Source: Bugula neritina (taxonomy: Eukaryota; Animalia; Bryozoa). Taken from it: DNA of 17,793 nt. Below the pieces are notes generated by a model that saw nothing but the letters and a program-made list of their open reading frames with translations, was not told the DNA's origin and did no database searches. Below, piece after piece: positions 12,292-17,793 of the stretch; position 1 is the first letter of the stretch; every line of letters begins with the position of its first letter. The DNA lies in assembly GCA_964035545.1 (NCBI GenBank), contig CAXIUT010000029.1, positions 1-17,793 of the forward strand, in the 5' to 3' direction. The translations under genes and the position numbers were made by a program.

Positions 12292-12380
12292 ATAGATTTA
12301 TTAATAAAAAAGCATTTGTCATTCTTTGAGTTAGAATATGGAAGTATTAAGTTAGTTCATTGATTTTTATGAATCATAGG

Positions 12381-13282
12381 TCAATTGGATATGATAGAGC
12401 ATGAGTTTTCAACAATAGTCCCTTGCTTTTTGCAGTTTTACTCAGAAATACATCTATTCCTAGGACAGCTAAGACTAGTACACCTGATTCCATTCAGAGA
12501 TGAAGAGTAGTCTGCTCCAGTATAGATAAGTTTTTGATTTGATACTCCATCAAGTCCTTTCCATATATAAGGAGATCTACCTCCTGAATAAAAAGCAACA
12601 TCAATCGGAGAAGCTAGTGGAATAATGACATAGCTTATATGTATCGACTAAAAGGGCTAGGAACCCTAGAGGTAGAGAGGCATTTCCATGGTTTGGACAG
12701 TTGGAAACTTTATTCTTGGATAAATAGTAACATTGAAGTTTTTAGCAGATGTTTTGACTCCACTTAGATAGTAGGTATAGTTAAAGTCGGTGTTATCTGG
12801 GAGGACAGGTATTGTCAAATTGTACCTCGATAGCCCGTTACCTGAATTAGAATGGAAGTCGAATAATGGTATTAAGCGACTTTCCATAAAAGTGTCATTT
12901 CTAGCACTAACTAAGTAAGATATCTTCATAAACTAGAAGTCACCATTGTCCATTTCAAGAACGACTTTGATCTTCTTGGCAACTTAGCTTTTAGACCCGC
13001 TGATTCTGAAATCCATCCCATCGGATCTGTCTCCCTAAAAGCTAAAAAAAGCTGAATAAGTTATCAAATACCTGCAATAACCTTTATATCAGGAGAGTCA
13101 ATGCCAGTTCCTAATTAATAAATGTGTTCTCTGACTCCAGGTTAAGCCTTGTTGCTTATAGCAATAAAAAAACCTGTTTATAGTTGATCAGATGGCTCAC
13201 CAAGCGAACATAGCTCAGTATTGAAAGATTTCAAGAGAAGAATCATCAAAAAAAGAGTTTGAAGTGTCTTTTTAGTTTTCAT
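12381..13282 (-). CDS. Short divergent paralog E (293 aa): signal peptide, family N-domain and one Cys module, no repeat array; intron 13052-13071
   Basis: ATG13282 to TGA12381-12383. Shares GMDFxIxG, ISYLVSAR, SGVKTSA, ISYV and NGIRC...CP..C with paralogs B, C and D. Confidence 0.82.
13052..13071 (-). other. 20-nt intron (GTATTTGATAACTTATTCAG)
   Basis: Restores the frame. Same position and phase as in the paralogs. Confidence 0.88.
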
Positions 13283-13374
13283 GTAGTAATAGATATGAAT
13301 ATAATATCATAAGTATTCAAAAAGATGATATATTATTAATAAGGTAATGAATGTAATGCAAATCAGGAAGAAGA

Positions 13375-16300
13375 TCATCCGAAAAGTTAAAGAACTAACG
13401 CATCAGTAACTCCTTAGTCTTTTGAAGAAGAGGGTAAAGAATCAGAAGATGGTTGAATTCGTAAACCTGCTGTTCGAGGAAGATTTCTGGTATTTGCTAT
13501 TGGGGCTGCTGAAGCTTGAACTGGGAATGAATCAGGTCCAAATGCTCCATTCAGAGATTGAGCCATGTCACTTGCTGAGAAAAAGTTTGCATGAATTGGA
13601 TTGATTCTAATGTCGTATTGGAAAGAAGGCACGAATGTGGCTGATGGGAAGAGGAAAGTAATAATGAACCAATATTGGGTCGGAGAAATGTATTATTGAG
13701 TAACTGTGATGGCTGTAAACTGACTATTAACAGTTACTAAGAAGAGACTATCACAGATATTGCATCCATTGGCAAGAATAGCTGATGGCATTGTACTCAT
13801 AGCTACTCCCTGGTAAATCTTTTTATTACCCAAAACACTACTTCTAAGAGTGATTATTGAGCCAGTACTAGGAGGTTGAATGCAAGTAGTTACAATTGAT
13901 CCACTAACCACAACTGAGTTGGCTGAATATCCAACAGCACAGTTTTCACAACTATTAGCTGCAAAACATAGAATACAATTGGCAGTGCAAGGCTGACAGA
14001 CATTGTTTGTATCTCTATACTAACCAGGTTGACAGTTAGTTAAACAATATCCGTTGCTTACGGTGCCACTAACACAGGTTAAACATTGATGAGCACCAGC
14101 ACCTTAACAAGTAGCACAGGTCGAGTGACATTGAATACAGTTATCCCAGGTTCCAAAGTAGCCATCGTTACAGATACAAGTTTGTTGAGCTGAATTGTAT
14201 TGACTATTCGAGTCACAAAGTCGACATTGTCCGCTGATTACAAAATATCCAGAATTACAAACACATGAGACTCCATTCCAAGTCGCATTAGCTCCACAGC
14301 TATCCACACATATTCCATTGACTTTAGTATAACCTCCATTGCAGACACATTAGTTACCATTCCAAGCTGAATTAGAAGGACAAGGTTGACAGATACCATT
14401 AATCAGGTAGTAATTGGCTGTATTACAGACACATCTTTGAAATTGTGAGTTCCAACTGCTACCAGACGGACAATTTACTACACATTGATTATTTGATAAG
14501 ATATATCCTGACACACAGACACATTGATTTCCATTCCAAACTGAGTTAGAAGGACAAGGCTGACAGACACCACTAATCAAGTAGTAATTGGCAGTATTGC
14601 AAACACATCTTTGAAGTTGAGAGTTCCAGCTGCTACCAGATGGACAATTTACTACACATATTCCATTGACCTTAATATAACCGCTATTGCAAACACATTA
14701 GTTACCATTCCAAGCTGAATTAGAAGGGCAAGGTTGACAGACACCATTAATCAAGTAGTAATTGGCTGTATTGCAAGAACAGCCTTGAAGTTGAGAGTCC
14801 CAGCTGCTACCAGATGGGCAATTCACAACACATTGATTATTAGATAAAATAAATCCTGCTATGCAGACGCATTGATTTCCATTCCATTGACTATTGACTG
14901 GACACTGAATGCATCCATTTTGAGTTGTAATATAATTTGAAGCACAGACACAGACTCCATTTGAGATCATTCTGTTAGAAGCAGTACAAAAAGTGCATGA
15001 ATCAGTGATAGTATCGACTATTTGGCCACTTGGACAGACACAAGAGTTGCCATTCCAGATTCTTCCTCCTGTACAAGCTGGATTTATAGTACACTGAATG
15101 AGTAGGGTATTCAAAGTGTAACCACTAATACATTGACAAACTCCATTTGAGTTTCTGAAACTATTGGCTGGACAAGCAACACAGTTATTTCCAACTAGAC
15201 CATAAGGAGGTAAACAAACACACTGGCCATTGACCCAAGTATAGCTAGGTTGACAATTATTTAGCACACATTGATTTGTTGTTGTGGAACGTACATAACC
15301 TGAAATACACTAGCATTGGTTGTTTATAAGAACTGCATTGGATCCACAGATAGCGTAACAAACTGAGTTGATCCTTGTGTATCCACTATTACAGACACAT
15401 TGATTTCCATTCCAATTTTAATTTTGACCGCATGGGTTAGATACACATTGTCCATTTGAGATTGTTTCTCCTGAGGCACAGATGAAACATGTATTTCCTA
15501 TTCTTGTGCCCTGGTTTAGTGTGCATGCTGAGATTGAAAGACAACCAGTAGGACATCCAGAACCAACACAGGAGATGCCGTTTTGGTTAGATGGTGTGAA
15601 AGCATTACCAGCTAACACTGAATTTCCACTTTGAAGAGCATCTATTCCAATTAGTTGATAAGGAGCATTTGATCCTACACTTGGATTGAATCCTGAGTAT
15701 TGGATGGGGGAAGATTTATCAAAGGCTACATAGGTGATGAAGAGAAACTCAATTGAAGGAGATGATGATAGATTGATGACTGTTCGAATAGTTCCTGAAG
15801 AAGAGAAAATAGCAACTGATTGAAGAGAAACTGTGAAGGAAGTAGCTGATGTCTTGATTCCACTGATTTAGATGATCACAGTGTGGTCATTGCCTGTTGT
15901 AAAGCTAGGAATGATGTGATTATAAGTCATAGCTCCATTAGTTTGAAGGGCATATGGGGGAATCAAATAAGAGCCAAGATAAAACTCACTTCTGCCACTT
16001 GCCAAATAGGAAACTCTAATAGTGCTCCAACTGTTGTCATGATCAATTAGAAGCATTATTAAGCCAGAATTAGAATTTTGACTTCCCCAGATGGAGAAGT
16101 CCATTCCACCATTAGAGGCTGAAGCGGAAAAACTTGAGGCGGCTAAATAAATTAAAGATTACATGCAGCAACTTGCAATCCTGTAGAAGGAATAGCAAAA
16201 CTAACAGTGAAGGGGAAGCTATGAAGCCTATTCTGAGGAATATTATCGTTGTCGTTTTGAACAAAGTAGATCCCAGATTTTAGACGATCATTAGATCCAC

Positions 16301-16382
16301 TGAGAGGGCATAGTTGGGCATTCAAAGAACCAGCTAGGAGAGATACAACGAGAAGAGTTAAGAGTATTTGATTGGATTTCAT
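13375..16382 (-). CDS. Secreted Cys-rich repeat protein, paralog D (995 aa), same architecture as B; intron 16143-16162
   Basis: ATG16382 (MKSNQILLTLLVVSLLAGSLNA) to TGA13375-13377. Joins the ORF-track fragments through TAR codons. The C-terminal domain (VLGNKKIYQGV, TQYWF, IRINP, MAQ) matches B. Confidence 0.88.
14341..14887 (-). repeat. About three tandem 174-bp (58-aa) coding repeats inside paralog D
   Basis: The anchor GAAGG(A/G)CAAGG recurs at 14375, 14549 and 14723. Unit: CVVNCPSGSSWNSQxQRCVCNTANYYLINGVCQPCPSNSAWNGN. Confidence 0.9.
16143..16162 (-). other. 20-nt intron (GTAATCTTTAATTTATTTAG)
   Basis: Restores the frame. Position conserved among the paralogs. Confidence 0.92.
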
Positions 16383-16418
16383 GATTTAATTATATTTACA
16401 GCTTATCATCACAGATTA

Positions 16419-16444
16419 ATAATGATAGCTTACTGGATATCCAG
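16419..16444 (-). promoter_or_regulatory. Candidate upstream element of paralog D, overlapping the palindrome CTGGATATCCAG
   Basis: ATAATGATAGCTTACTGGAT is 18/20 identical to the element upstream of paralog B. Confidence 0.55.
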
Positions 16445-16678
16445 ATAAAATTGTTATGACTTTAAGCCTTAATTGATTGGATAAGAATAAAGAATGATTG
16501 AGGTGATATCCACTAGAGTTAATCATGGAATTTGATGGAATATGATGAAAGGTAAGGTAAAGTTGAGGACGTTATTCGGTGAAATTGGGAGTTTTTGAAG
16601 AATAAATAAAAATTAGAGAAATATCAAAGGGAAATAAGTTCATTTGATTGGAAATTAGCTTCTTAAACAAAAAGTGAA

Positions 16679-17173
16679 ATGATCATTTTATACAATCTAA
16701 TAGTATTTTTGGTAAAAAATAAAAGGTCTAAAAAATCTAAAATAGATAAATGTACGACTAGTGAATAAAAAACATAATTATGTTTAATTATTTTATCAAA
16801 ATAGTCATCTTTTCCTTAATAATATTTATTTAGTGATCAAAAAGATAATTTCCTCATTAAAACTTACGGAAGAAAAAAGTAAATAAGAATGATTTTATTG
16901 ATCAAAAAGATATTGAGTAACTTGATAAATCATAAAAGCAAAAATATAGAATAAAAAAAAACTTAAAACTTTATCCAATAGATCAAATATCTCGACCAAT
17001 AAATTCAAGAACCAGAACTATAAGAACTACAACTATTAATAGCTTATATATTTAGATAAAAATTCAGAATTGAAAATGAACTCTAAGGAATATGTAGTTC
17101 GATTTCAAAAAAGAAACAGATGTAGGAAGTTCAGATAAAATAGAAATTAATCTAAATAAAATAATACTAATGA
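16679..17173 (+). CDS. Hypothetical E/K/I/L-rich protein, 164 aa (start uncertain)
   Basis: The frame is free of TGA from 16583 to 17170. No recognisable motif, and long ORFs arise more easily when TGA is the only stop. Confidence 0.4.
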
Positions 17174-17380
17174 TAGATTTAATGATTCTATTTTATTGTT
17201 AATTCGAATTCTCTTACTATATAAAAGAAAAATGCTTTTTGTTATTTTATTTCTTTAAATAAAATCTTTCAAATTTAACATCCTTTCAAGATTCCAGAAA
17301 CAAAGTTAATTTTTATTATTAATTGAGTATTTATTGACTGATATTTAAATTTACAAAGTTTACCAGAACAAATATAAACA

Positions 17381-17661
17381 TCAATTCAAAGACTAATCTT
17401 TTTTCATCACTAATATCTCTCCTTCTTCTGTCATAGTGACTGTCCATTATTCTTTGCCATTAATAACTAAATAAGTTCATAGTTACAGCTTATTCTTTGG
17501 AGTAAAGAGTTTCCAATAACACTTCGAGAATACCTCAAAGCCTAGCGAGAACGTTGGTATATTTATTTAGCTTTTGGTCTGTCAGACTCATGCTTGAGTT
17601 GCTTGATACTGCCTGAATGATCAAAAATCCAAAAGGAAGTAAGACTTTTGATATCCTCCAT
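17381..17661 (-). CDS. Small roadblock-fold, LAMTOR4-like protein, 86 aa; intron 17467-17486
   Basis: MEDIKSLTSFWIFDHSGSIK...LQRISFINGKEEWTVTMTEEGEILVMKKDESLN*. The size and C-terminal beta-strand pattern resemble LAMTOR4 (FKRLSVVFG..TLLVTV....VFVVKR). The gene call is firmer than the product call. Confidence 0.6.
17467..17486 (-). other. 20-nt intron (GTAACTATGAACTTATTTAG)
   Basis: Matches the GTA...ATTTAG 20-nt consensus of the other introns and yields a plausible protein C-terminus. Confidence 0.8.
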
Positions 17662-17706
17662 ATCTACTAATATATAATCAAATATTTGTATTTCTAAATA
17701 AAACAA

Positions 17707-17793
17707 GGGGTTGGGGTTGGGGTTGGGGTTGGGGTTGGGGTTGGGGTTGGGGTTGGGGTTGGGGTTGGGGTTGGGGTTGGGGTTGGGGTTGGG
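17707..17793 (+). repeat. Right telomere, (GGGGTT)n
   Basis: Perfect G4T2 repeat running to the window end. Confidence 0.98.

Noticed and set aside
230-13604. Standard-code ORFs antisense or out of frame to the called genes (e.g. 230-454, 2653-2859, 4366-4629, 8306-8497, 10526-11107, 11464-11655, 13422-13604)
   Set aside because: They are shadows of the real genes under the wrong code, with no motifs. The duplicated ones just mirror the paralogy.
14341-14887. CRISPR-like or mobile-element origin of the repeats
   Set aside because: They are in-frame coding repeats without spacers, and I saw no transposase, TIR or cas sequence.
12161-17699. ATTTAGAAATA near two telomeres as a chromosome-breakage signal
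   Set aside because: It has opposite orientation relative to the two telomeres, I did not see it at the left end, and it is likely by chance in AT-rich DNA.

Overview
AT-rich ciliate macronuclear DNA, capped at both ends by C4A2/G4T2 telomeres (1-81, 17707-17793), with a third G4T2 tract inside (12199-12291). The supplied standard-code ORF track is misleading. Read by hand, every gene ends in TGA, while in-frame TAA/TAG fall at invariant Glu positions: the Zn-ligand and catalytic Glu of a cytosolic carboxypeptidase and the invariant NDK Glu. The code is therefore TAR=Glu (peritrich-type, NCBI table 30), not the common ciliate TAR=Gln. With that code and seven GT-AG introns of exactly 20 nt, the window holds: a secreted bacterial-type polysaccharide-lyase-like gene; a CCP/AGBL carboxypeptidase head-to-head with an NDK-domain gene; four paralogous secreted proteins that share an N-terminal beta-domain and carry variable Cys-rich repeat arrays; a small roadblock/LAMTOR4-like gene; and one doubtful ORF. 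All family assignments come from motif recall, not database searches.
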